From contig JBBRCZ010000001.1 of assembly GCA_038204425.1 (NCBI GenBank), forward strand, positions 1 to 64,000: DNA of 64,000 nt, in the 5' to 3' direction. Below are positions 55,495 to 64,000 of this stretch, in pieces. The notes beneath the pieces are model-generated. The model ran no database searches, was not told the DNA's origin, and worked only from the letters and a program-made list of their open reading frames with translations. Position 1 is the stretch's first letter. Every line of letters begins with the position of its first letter. The stretch is from Spirochaetia bacterium (GTDB lineage Bacteria; Spirochaetota; Spirochaetia; DSM-27196; Salinispiraceae). The position numbers and the translations under genes were made by a program.

Positions 55495-57024
55495 ATGTTC
55501 TGGATCAGATTATTTTTTTTGGGTCTTTTTTCTTTATTGCTTGTAGAAAAAAACAATGCCAGCGAACCAGATTGGCAAACCAAGTTGACTTTAGAATTTG
55601 AAGCCAGGCACGGCGTTCTTTATGGCCGTATGACTGGCGACTTGGAAATTGCAATGGCCAACGACCGCGCGTTTGTGCACCTACCATTCCAAGTTGACGA
55701 GTATTTTGCTAGTGCTCCCAGCTTGGGACTCGAGCAGACATTTGCCGACCTTCGTATTTGGTTTGATAGCAAGTATCTGCGAGGTGGCAATGTATACGCA
55801 GATGGTATGGTACGACTTCAGAATGGAACAAGTCCCCATTCTATATGGGGTTACCGTCTTTCGGGCCTTGATGGTATTAAGGCTGCTTTTAGAACCGTCA
55901 CCAGTGATAGCCAAGATGCCTGGTGGGGTGCCAGCGTTCTTTTACCGTTGACTAGAGCAGATCTTATACAAGGCTTTGTAGGTATTGACCCCAGCGGACT
56001 TGGGAAAGGCTGGGTTCTCAGCGGCTTAATGCATCAATCTGTGCTGAATAGTATTGTAGTAGCACCTTGGCAAAGTACCCAATTTGTATTTGATACGGGC
56101 CTGTTGCAAGGGCGATTTACTGATAAAGAAGACATCATACTAAGGCAAGATGATGCTTGGTTTAATGAATCATCTTTGTGGAATCCCAATGGAAGCCTTA
56201 AGTTTTTTGTCTGCCCAAATGTGACTACGCAGTTTGGCGATCCAAGCAACAAAACCAAACTAAGCGCTTTAGCAAACCTGCAGGTAAGTTTTAGTTGGCC
56301 ATTGCCTCCATCTCTATATTTGGTCTCTGCGTTCAGCTGGCTAGAAACTTGGCGCGATCAAGACAAACAGACTTGGACCTTGGACAGCTATCTGCAAGTA
56401 CTGGTAAAAGATAATCATTGGCGAGATTGGTTTGGAAAGAGTACAAGCGAAGACCTGAAGGCCATGATTCGCACTAGTCTTAGCATGCCCAACCGTAACA
56501 GTATAAGATGGCAAGCTCAGTTTGGTTTGCCATCTATTGCTGTGCAGCAGAATGAGTCTGATCAAGAGTCATGGCGCATCGGTATTGGTTTTAAGCATGA
56601 TAAACAAGCAAAGTTAATGGTAGACTTTTTTCTGGAAGATCAAAATCAATGGGACGCAAGCGCCGCCTTGGCGTACCTGTTTAAACTCGGTGCCAAAAGC
56701 GACACCTGGTTGTTGAGCTTGGCATCCAGTGTCAGTGAAAAAAAAATGGCACTTGAACTGGCGGGGCAACTTAAGCTTACTCAGCTGACCATATCGACCC
56801 AGTTTGAGCTCATGAGCCCTTGGGATAGCTGGCTTTTAGAATTTGGCCTAGATACCAAACTGGGCCTTACCTGCAACGATATAGAAATTGACCAAAAAAA
56901 CTTTTTAAATTTGGCAGCCAGTATGACACTGGATTTGGCTATTGCGCAGCAAAGTCTGGAGCAGATTTTGAATCTTGCACAATTTGGGTTTGAGATTACC
57001 GCCTCACTTACAAGCAAGCATTAA
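55495..57024 (+). CDS. Hypothetical exported protein, possibly beta-rich outer-membrane protein
   Basis: Long ORF, signal-like N-terminus, alternating aromatic/hydrophobic strands. Confidence 0.55.
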   Translation: MFWIRLFFLGLFSLLLVEKNNASEPDWQTKLTLEFEARHGVLYGRMTGDLEIAMANDRAFVHLPFQVDEYFASAPSLGLEQTFADLRIWFDSKYLRGGNVYADGMVRLQNGTSPHSIWGYRLSGLDGIKAAFRTVTSDSQDAWWGASVLLPLTRADLIQGFVGIDPSGLGKGWVLSGLMHQSVLNSIVVAPWQSTQFVFDTGLLQGRFTDKEDIILRQDDAWFNESSLWNPNGSLKFFVCPNVTTQFGDPSNKTKLSALANLQVSFSWPLPPSLYLVSAFSWLETWRDQDKQTWTLDSYLQVLVKDNHWRDWFGKSTSEDLKAMIRTSLSMPNRNSIRWQAQFGLPSIAVQQNESDQESWRIGIGFKHDKQAKLMVDFFLEDQNQWDASAALAYLFKLGAKSDTWLLSLASSVSEKKMALELAGQLKLTQLTISTQFELMSPWDSWLLEFGLDTKLGLTCNDIEIDQKNFLNLAASMTLDLAIAQQSLEQILNLAQFGFEITASLTSKH

Positions 57025-57039
57025 TTGGCCGCACGATGT

Positions 57040-57960
57040 CTACTGCCAGTCGCCAAGCAAGACTACTTCTTCTTCTAACTCAAATCCTAGTTGGTCTTTT
57101 ACTGCGCTTTTTATCAGAATCATTAGATCCCAAATGTCTTTTGAGCTGGCTTTTTTTACGTTTACAATAATATTGGCGTGTCGTTCAGAAATTTGTGCAC
57201 CTCCACACCGTGTGCCTCTAAGACCGAGGCTATCAATGATTTGGCCACTTGGTGCGCCAAAAGCACGATTATTTTTAAACACACTGCCGGCGCAAGGATA
57301 GTCAAAGTGACCTTTAGAGCGTCTATCGGCCTCAAACTCGTGCATTTTCTTCCAAGATTTGCGTTTGTTGCCAGCTTGCAGGTTAAAACAAGCCTCAGTA
57401 ATTATCCATCGGTTTTTCATAAACGGCGTGTCTTTGTAGTCAAATCGATGTTGCGTGGGTAGCAAGGTTTGCTCGACCAGATTTTGGTCCAAATAGCGAA
57501 CCCATACTAGTACCTCACGCAGCTCACTACCGTAGCAGCGAGCGTTCATGTAAACTGCGCCGCCAGTACTTCCGGGCATTGAGAATATAAACTCGAGCCC
57601 AGATAGACTGGCGTTAGCGGCCTTTGCTGAAACAGTTGAAATGGGCAAGCCAGACGAACAAACGATGGTTTGGGCTTTTGCATCAATTTTGCAATGCTTA
57701 AGTTTGGTGGTATCTATCACCAAGCCCCTAACTCCGGTATCACTGACTAAAATGTTTGCGCCTCCACCAATAGTGGAGCTATGAATTTGCTGTTCTTTTG
57801 ACCAAAAAAGCATTTTTTTGAGACTTTCTAGGTCATAGGGTTGGAAAAAAATATCGGCTGCACCTCCCGTTCTAAAGGTGCTGTGTTTGGCCATCGGTTC
57901 GTTAAAGTATAACGCTCCATTACAATTGATTTTTTTGAGGCTTTCCCGTACGCTATCCAT
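57040..57960 (-). CDS. murB: UDP-N-acetylenolpyruvoylglucosamine reductase
   Basis: HSTFRTGG, GGGANILV, PGSTGGAVYMNA, AGSVFKN, HANII. Confidence 0.96.
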   Translation of the reverse strand: MDSVRESLKKINCNGALYFNEPMAKHSTFRTGGAADIFFQPYDLESLKKMLFWSKEQQIHSSTIGGGANILVSDTGVRGLVIDTTKLKHCKIDAKAQTIVCSSGLPISTVSAKAANASLSGLEFIFSMPGSTGGAVYMNARCYGSELREVLVWVRYLDQNLVEQTLLPTQHRFDYKDTPFMKNRWIITEACFNLQAGNKRKSWKKMHEFEADRRSKGHFDYPCAGSVFKNNRAFGAPSGQIIDSLGLRGTRCGGAQISERHANIIVNVKKASSKDIWDLMILIKSAVKDQLGFELEEEVVLLGDWQ

Positions 57961-57967
57961 CTTCGGT

Positions 57968-57996
57968 ACTATAGCCGTTAGCAAGCCGCATGAAAA
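57968..57996 (-). promoter_or_regulatory. Sigma70 promoter placing the TSS at the murB ATG (leaderless)
   Basis: TTTTCA-17-TATAGT-7 nt-ATG (57960). Confidence 0.55.
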
Positions 57997-58008
57997 GAGA
58001 GGTTGTAC

Positions 58009-59475
58009 ATGGCGTTACAATTGTACAATTCCCGTACCCGACAGCTCGAACCTTTTGTTTCTATAGAAGAAGGGCTGGTCAAATTCTATTGTTGCGGTCC
58101 GACAGTGTACAATTTTGCTCATCTAGGAAACCTGAGAACTTATATTTTTGAAGATTTACTACGACGCACGTTTTTGGCTTTAGGCTGGAAGGTAAAGCAC
58201 GTAATGAATGTCACCGATGTTGGGCATTTAAGTGACGATGGCGACGACGGTGAAGATAAGATTATAAAAGCTGCTCGTCAAAAAAAAATGTCAGTGTGGG
58301 ATATTGCCCAATACTATACTGATACCTTTTTTGAGGATTGTAAAAAACTAAACATTCTTCGACCAGAAGTGGTCTGCAAGGCGACTGATCATATCCAAGA
58401 AATGATTGATCTTATAAAAAAGCTCGAACAAAATGGATTGACCTATCAAGCTGGTGGAAACGTTTACTATGAAGTGAGCAAATTTGAGCGCTACAATGAG
58501 CTTGCGCGTTTGGACAAACAAGAATTAAGAGACGGTGCGCGGATAGAAGTTGATGAGCATAAGAAGAACCCACGCGACTTTGCATTGTGGTTCACCAATT
58601 CAAAGTTTTCTGACCAGGCTATGTTGTGGGATTCGCCTTGGGGCAGGGGCTATCCTGGCTGGCATATTGAGTGTTCTGCCATGAGTACTCAATATCTGGG
58701 TGAGCACTTTGACGTCCATTGTGGTGGTGTGGATCATATCAACGTTCACCATACCAACGAGATTGCGCAGACGGAAGGCGCGTACGGAAACCATCCTTGG
58801 GTCAACTACTGGATGCATGCCGAGTTTTTGCTTTTAGATTCGTCCAAAATGTCAAAGTCTTCAGGACAGTTTTTGACGGTCGATCGGCTCGCTGAGGCAG
58901 GCTTTGAGCCTTTGGACTTTAGGTACTTTTGCTTAGGCGCAAGCTACAGAACCCAACTAAATTACAGTGATGAAGCAATGCAAGCTGCCAAAAATGCACG
59001 AAAAAGACTCATTGATCGACTTTACACTATATATGCGTCTCTAATGAGCAACTATAGCGACAATAATCTTATTGACCCCCTGTTAAGCATTACCCTAGAT
59101 AATCCTAGGCTATTGCGATTTGTTGATGCGATAAGTGACGACCTTAATATGCCACAAGCGATTGCTTGTGTTTGGGAAACATTAAAGTCCGACCTAGACG
59201 CATCCGAAAAATTGAGCGTAATCTTAGAAATGGACAAGGTTTTGGGTCTATCGTTACTAACTTGCTTGCGAGAAAGAAAAAACAATCAAGTCAACAAAGC
59301 TATTGCCAACAACGATAATGATAAAGATCGCATACTTGCTCTTATCGAAGAGAGAATCCAAGCACGAGCAAACAAGAATTTTCTACGTTCCGATGAAATC
59401 CGAGATTTACTCAAGGCAGAAGGCATAATTCTGGTTGATACGGCGGGCGGTACCACATGGTCAAAAGCCAACTAG
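58009..59475 (+). CDS. cysS: Cysteine--tRNA ligase
   Basis: CGPTVY, HLGN, PGWHIECSAM, KMSKS. Confidence 0.98.
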   Translation: MALQLYNSRTRQLEPFVSIEEGLVKFYCCGPTVYNFAHLGNLRTYIFEDLLRRTFLALGWKVKHVMNVTDVGHLSDDGDDGEDKIIKAARQKKMSVWDIAQYYTDTFFEDCKKLNILRPEVVCKATDHIQEMIDLIKKLEQNGLTYQAGGNVYYEVSKFERYNELARLDKQELRDGARIEVDEHKKNPRDFALWFTNSKFSDQAMLWDSPWGRGYPGWHIECSAMSTQYLGEHFDVHCGGVDHINVHHTNEIAQTEGAYGNHPWVNYWMHAEFLLLDSSKMSKSSGQFLTVDRLAEAGFEPLDFRYFCLGASYRTQLNYSDEAMQAAKNARKRLIDRLYTIYASLMSNYSDNNLIDPLLSITLDNPRLLRFVDAISDDLNMPQAIACVWETLKSDLDASEKLSVILEMDKVLGLSLLTCLRERKNNQVNKAIANNDNDKDRILALIEERIQARANKNFLRSDEIRDLLKAEGIILVDTAGGTTWSKAN

Positions 59476-59508
59476 GGCACTGTAACACAAGACGAGGATG
59501 GTTGTTTA

Positions 59509-60027
59509 ATGTCATGGGTGCATGATAAAGATTTACGATTTAAGCAAGTCTACGATGAGGTCTTTCCAATTGTTCTCAAACTGGTATGGCGGGTAACTGG
59601 TGACCAAGAGAGTGCTGAGGAGCTATGTCAGGATGCTTTCATCAAACTCTATGAACGCTTGGATAATTTTCCTGACAACAATCAGGCCAAATATTGGATG
59701 ATCCGTGTTGCCAAAAATCACGCGCTCAACTATGTGAAGAGGAAGCAGCGAGAAAGGCACGCTTATGAAAAGGTCTTAAAACAACCTGAGCGGATTTTGG
59801 AAGATGGCGAAGGCAAACTGATACGAGCCGAAGAAAAGCTATCGGTACAGTTAGCTCTGGAAAAACTGCCACCAAATATGAAAGAGATTTTGGTAATGAA
59901 AGAATATGGTGAGATGAACTATAGGGATATTGGAAAAGTGCTGGGTATTAGTGAGGCAAACGTAAAGGTTCGAATGTTTCGTGCCCGCCAACGATTACTT
60001 TCGATTATGGAAAAGGAGGGGGTATAA
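59509..60027 (+). CDS. ECF sigma factor (RpoE-like)
   Basis: AEELCQDAFIK, WMIRVAKN, YRDIGKVLGISEANVKVRMFRAR. Confidence 0.93.
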   Translation: MSWVHDKDLRFKQVYDEVFPIVLKLVWRVTGDQESAEELCQDAFIKLYERLDNFPDNNQAKYWMIRVAKNHALNYVKRKQRERHAYEKVLKQPERILEDGEGKLIRAEEKLSVQLALEKLPPNMKEILVMKEYGEMNYRDIGKVLGISEANVKVRMFRARQRLLSIMEKEGV

Positions 60028-60028
60028 T

Positions 60029-60721
60029 ATGAAGACCGAACTGCAAATACTGTCGGAGTATATTGATGGTGAGTTGCCGGTTGATGTTTCCAAACAATTG
60101 GAAAGCAGATTACGATCAGATCAATTGCTTTCACAAAAACTCGACTCGATGCGAAGTATTGGTCTGCAAAAAACCGACCTCAATCAAGATGCAGCCATAC
60201 AACAGTCCAGTGAACGCATCTGGCTGCGGCTACAATCTAGACTTGCTGACAAAAGACAGCCTGTTTCTAGGATCAATTCTTTGGTTCAGATACTGAAACA
60301 AAAAATTAGTATTCCGCTGCCGGCGCTCGCGGCAATGGCGGTTGTGGTATTTGCGCTCACCTTGTTTAGTTTGCCGCGCGCCACTACAAGCGGACCCAAC
60401 GAAGATAGTATCAGCAACAACAGATTAGAATTACCACGAGACCTTGTCAGTAGCGACTCTTTTCCTAGTAGGTCATTGGTCAGTGATTCAGCAACCCAAA
60501 CTTATCCCAGCGCAAACGATAGCACGGTACAAGTTACCTTTGAAGTGCAAAACATAAACGAGCTACTCAATCTCCTAGAAGGCAATGGAGAAATTCGAGA
60601 GTTGAGTATTAAGTTGCCACAGCTTAAGAGTATTCCAAAATCACGCGAGCCGGTTCTTATTCATTCAAGTGATTTGGTAAATGCCTCATTTAATCAAGCA
60701 AATGGTGGAGTCAGGCGTTAA
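60029..60721 (+). CDS. Probable anti-sigma factor
   Basis: LSEYIDGEL anti-sigma N-terminus, single TM; follows the ECF gene. Confidence 0.75.
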   Translation: MKTELQILSEYIDGELPVDVSKQLESRLRSDQLLSQKLDSMRSIGLQKTDLNQDAAIQQSSERIWLRLQSRLADKRQPVSRINSLVQILKQKISIPLPALAAMAVVVFALTLFSLPRATTSGPNEDSISNNRLELPRDLVSSDSFPSRSLVSDSATQTYPSANDSTVQVTFEVQNINELLNLLEGNGEIRELSIKLPQLKSIPKSREPVLIHSSDLVNASFNQANGGVRR

Positions 60722-61248
60722 TGATAATTTTGGCGACGATTAGGGTTAAGGCTTTTTTGGTGTGCCTATTCTTGTTGACTCAGCTTGCGTTTGCTCAACA
60801 AACCAAGCCGGCTCAGCCATCCGAGCCAATTGATAGTGAAATCAATAGCCAATTGGAAGAAATTAAAGCCAAGGCACTGATAGTCAAAGTTCATGCTAGT
60901 CTAGAAGGATCTCAGGGCACTGCTTGGTTTCAAGATTTGAAGCGATTGACCGTCCATGGATTGGCAGTCAGCCTTCGCATGGAAGGCGACGGCATGCTTA
61001 TCAACTTGCAACTGACGCCCTATCGGCAAGATGGTGAGCAGCTTTACCTGCTGTTACAAGCGCAAATTTGGTTTAAAGCACTTGGTAGTACTGTACTCCA
61101 GTACCATTCAACCGTTAAAGGCATTCGAACTAAAATGGGCGAGGCTGTTATTTTTTATCCGCTTGGACTCAAGGTTGAACCAGATGATCAGGTCATTTCG
61201 ATTCAGATTTTGGTCGGGCCGTATCAGCAACAAAGAACTATTCAGTGA
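60721..61248 (+). CDS. Exported hypothetical protein
   Basis: Signal peptide ending AFA; GEAVIFYPLG. Confidence 0.65.
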   Translation: MIILATIRVKAFLVCLFLLTQLAFAQQTKPAQPSEPIDSEINSQLEEIKAKALIVKVHASLEGSQGTAWFQDLKRLTVHGLAVSLRMEGDGMLINLQLTPYRQDGEQLYLLLQAQIWFKALGSTVLQYHSTVKGIRTKMGEAVIFYPLGLKVEPDDQVISIQILVGPYQQQRTIQ

Positions 61249-62861
61249 AGCAGCGCTTAATTGAGATGGTTGCCAAAAAGCGCATTCCTTTTTCGTTGAC
61301 CCTGACCTTGATATCCATGGCACTGTTTTTATTGAGCTTCCTATTTCTTAGTCAAAGCCCACGACTTGATTTAATACAACCCTCCTTGGCTTCCAGTGGG
61401 AGTGAGCTGGTCCTTAGTGGTGCGCACTTTGGCGATAGCATAGAACAGGGTACAGTTAGCATTGCTGGAGAAAAAATCCCTCGTGCTTCGATCAAGAGTT
61501 GGGAATCTTCTAAGATTGTACTGACCGTACCACGAGAAGCTCGCACCGGTTCCCTGGTGGTTGAAACTTCACTTGGTCTAAGTAGAGGTATTCTGTTTAC
61601 GGTTAAGAACCGAATCCCAGAACTGATAGGAAACGCAGAAACAGCGAGAAGGGAAATCATTGAGACAATTGAACCAAGTCCAGTAATTAGGGGACAGATT
61701 GTTACTATTCGTGGCCGCATGTTTGGCAATTCTGCCGCTGGTCGACACGTTTTTGTAAACGGTATTGCTGTAGCAGAAGAAGACCTAGTTTTCTGGTCAA
61801 ATTCAGAACTCAGGTTCATCATGCCAGCAACAAGTTTGAATTCAAATCAGGCTGTACTTAGCATAGGAGATTTGGCTGCCCGAGAGCCAGAGTCAACCTT
61901 TTCTCTTTCAGTGTCTCTATCACGTCAAGTATTTGAGTCCGAAGCAAACTACTTGATTAGCATTGCAACGGAGATAGGCGAACTTGAGATTTCCAAGTCA
62001 AACGAAGCATCTCTGATTGTCTATTTACCCAAGGTCTTGAATGATGTTTCTCAGCACGTACTTAGTGAGAAGATTGACGGTTCAGGCGAAAAGTTGGATC
62101 GCATTTACGGTTTACATGCCTTTAGTTTATCGCAACCAGATCCAATTAGAAACTACAAATTTGAGGTTCAAACCAGTGTAAGCACCAGATCGAGCTCATT
62201 GATAATAGATGGTGATCCAAAATTGAGTCTGGAAGCAAACTTGAGCGACCTTAGTGCCTTTTTAAGTTCCAGTCCTTTGGTCCCCCTAGGTGATCCAAAA
62301 CTCAAAAAATTTGTCAAAGATCTTATGCCGGCCAATGTCTCACTTTTAGAAAAATCACGTTTGCTCTATGAGGCAATTTTACAAAATATAAGTCCTAGCG
62401 ATCAAGAAGGACTGGGTTTTGCAGCTCAGGTTCTTATTGACAGGAAGGCGGGTGCTTTTGGCTACGCCAACTTGATGGTGGCCTGTGCTCGCTTGGCAGG
62501 GGTTCCAGCAAGATTAATTGGCGGGGTACGTGATAATGGCAATTCCCTGGGTTTGGATCACTATTGGGCAGAGCTCTTGATACCTGGAATTGGTTGGATC
62601 AACGTGGATCCCTACCTTGCGGATCACACATCCTCAGTAGGTCGCACGCAAGCTCGTGCCAATTTCTATTTTGGCGGCATCGATAAAAAACGCGTCGCAT
62701 TGATGCGTGGGGATGAGAAAAGTGCTTTGACTCGCAATGACAGCGGTACCAGAAAAATCTTTCAACGATTCATTCTAATGGCCGCACATGCTGAGTCCGG
62801 TGATGGCATTGACTCGTACGGACTTTTTATTCCAGAAGTGAGCATGCGCGAAGCTCTTTAG
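61245..62861 (+). CDS. IPT/TIG-domain + transglutaminase-like protein
   Basis: Two IPT motifs (LSGAHFG, IRGRMFG), ARLAGVPAR, HYWAE, GWINVDP. Confidence 0.82.
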   Translation: MKQRLIEMVAKKRIPFSLTLTLISMALFLLSFLFLSQSPRLDLIQPSLASSGSELVLSGAHFGDSIEQGTVSIAGEKIPRASIKSWESSKIVLTVPREARTGSLVVETSLGLSRGILFTVKNRIPELIGNAETARREIIETIEPSPVIRGQIVTIRGRMFGNSAAGRHVFVNGIAVAEEDLVFWSNSELRFIMPATSLNSNQAVLSIGDLAAREPESTFSLSVSLSRQVFESEANYLISIATEIGELEISKSNEASLIVYLPKVLNDVSQHVLSEKIDGSGEKLDRIYGLHAFSLSQPDPIRNYKFEVQTSVSTRSSSLIIDGDPKLSLEANLSDLSAFLSSSPLVPLGDPKLKKFVKDLMPANVSLLEKSRLLYEAILQNISPSDQEGLGFAAQVLIDRKAGAFGYANLMVACARLAGVPARLIGGVRDNGNSLGLDHYWAELLIPGIGWINVDPYLADHTSSVGRTQARANFYFGGIDKKRVALMRGDEKSALTRNDSGTRKIFQRFILMAAHAESGDGIDSYGLFIPEVSMREAL

Positions 62862-63031
62862 CCAAAATTAGATTAGCTAGTACTGAATCACTTTATATGC
62901 CATATTTTCGTGCCGATAAGGTATACTATAAGAAGGCTATGTAAGCTTTAGGCACGGATGTCTTGTTTTGAGCATTGACGATGTGTTTCGGCTCCTTTAA
63001 ACTGAACTGAACGGAGATGGACCAGTAAAAG

Positions 63032-64000
63032 ATGAGTAACCCCCTACAGCTTTCCATCGTTACCTTCAACAAAGGCGCCTATATTACTGTAGAAGGCAAG
63101 GCAAACGCCGATCAGTTTTATATTGTCCGCACCGGTAAGGTGCAGGTATCAAAAGAAGTACAAGTTGTTTCGGAAGAGGGTGGAAACATCCTCAACCCAG
63201 GCGATTTTTTTGGCGTTGTTGCGACTATGTCTGGGCACTCGCATATAGAAACTGGACAGGCTATCACTGACGTTAGCCTTATTGCCGTTTCGCGAGACAA
63301 GTTTGATCTCTTGATCGAAAAAAATACGCCTGTAGCAATGAAGATTATTGAAAGTTTTAGTAAGCAGCTACGCCATTTTGACGAGGCGCTAACTAGACTT
63401 ACCCAGAAAACAATTAAAACTGAGAGCGAACCCAGCCATCTGTTTCGTATTGGTGAGTTTTATGCCCGGCAAAATCAGTTTAACCAAGCCTATTATGCTT
63501 ACTATCAGTTTCTAAAGCTTTGCCCAGGTGATGAAAATGCTGCCAAAGCTCGCGAACGACTCGCAAAGATTAAGCCATATTCCAAAGCAGTTTTTCTCGA
63601 CGGAGACGATAAGGTCTTTACTCGTGAGTATCCAAAAGACAACATGATCTTTGCTGAAAACATGCCAGGAAAAGAACTCTACATTATTCAAAAAGGGACT
63701 GTCAAAATAACCAAGATAATGGGCGAAAATGAAGTTTTGCTTGCGGTTTTAAAGCCTGGAGATATCTTTGGCGAGATGAGCCTGATAGAGAACAAGCCGC
63801 GCTCGGCGAGTGCTATAGTGATGGAAGACAGCGTTATGCTTGCTGTCAATAAAGAAAACTTTGCGCGAATGGTAACATCGCAACCACAAATCATTACTCG
63901 GCTCACAACTCTTTTGGCTAAACGCATGTGGCTCATTTACAAACAGCTGGCCAACACGCTCATCTCTGACCCAGTGGGTAAACTATGGGACTATCTTTTT
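63032..64000 (+). CDS. Crp/Fnr-like tandem cNMP-binding + TPR protein (3' truncated by window end)
   Basis: MSNPLQLSIVTFNKG..FYIVRTGKV..PGDFFG; TPR-like helix pair; second cNMP domain LYIIQKG..GDIFGEMS..PRSASA; absent from the track because no stop is in the window. Confidence 0.88.
   Translation, partial: MSNPLQLSIVTFNKGAYITVEGKANADQFYIVRTGKVQVSKEVQVVSEEGGNILNPGDFFGVVATMSGHSHIETGQAITDVSLIAVSRDKFDLLIEKNTPVAMKIIESFSKQLRHFDEALTRLTQKTIKTESEPSHLFRIGEFYARQNQFNQAYYAYYQFLKLCPGDENAAKARERLAKIKPYSKAVFLDGDDKVFTREYPKDNMIFAENMPGKELYIIQKGTVKITKIMGENEVLLAVLKPGDIFGEMSLIENKPRSASAIVMEDSVMLAVNKENFARMVTSQPQIITRLTTLLAKRMWLIYKQLANTLISDPVGKLWDYLF

Noticed and set aside
63017..63028. In-frame mini-ORF MDQ* upstream of the cNMP gene
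   Set aside because: GGAG abuts the ATG with no spacing; likely chance.
1..64000. tRNA genes, intact IS elements, prophage or recognisable defence operons
   Set aside because: None recognised by eye; tRNAscan/Infernal, ISEScan and DefenseFinder would be needed to exclude them formally.

Overview
A mostly core-chromosomal 64-kb window, almost certainly from a spirochaete. The evidence is the fliL-fliM-fliY-fliO-fliP-fliQ-fliR-flhB-flhA-flhF-flhG-flgV-fliA-fapA order, the murB/cysS/ECF-sigma neighbourhood and the alpha2-type GlyRS. The window opens with the 3' end of a 5S rRNA followed by duplicated hairpin repeats, then about 15 kb of flagellar switch/export operon. That operon runs directly into an unusual three-gene module: a divergent Hsp70, an HPD J-domain protein and a degenerate CheA-like protein. 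This module is the best candidate here for an undescribed system. A ~9-kb accessory block follows (ABC-F, Rpn/transposase remnant, B12 radical SAM, small membrane protein, PAP2 + DAG kinase, LtrA, RlmF, lipoprotein). The rest is housekeeping and signalling genes: maf, PBP, M23, secA, glgC, RRM protein, cNMP-kinase, glyS, diguanylate cyclase + TPR protein, orphan MTase, gpx, lctP, PEGA proteins, DJ-1, murB, cysS, an ECF operon and a partial cNMP-binding gene. Non-coding signals include a G10 tract between a -10 box and fliO, two genes that appear to need near-cognate start codons (ACG, ATC), many apparently leaderless promoters (secA, murB and others), two coding tandem repeats, and a palindrome wrapped around the -35 box of the lactate permease promoter. 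All family calls come from motif recognition by eye; no database search was run.
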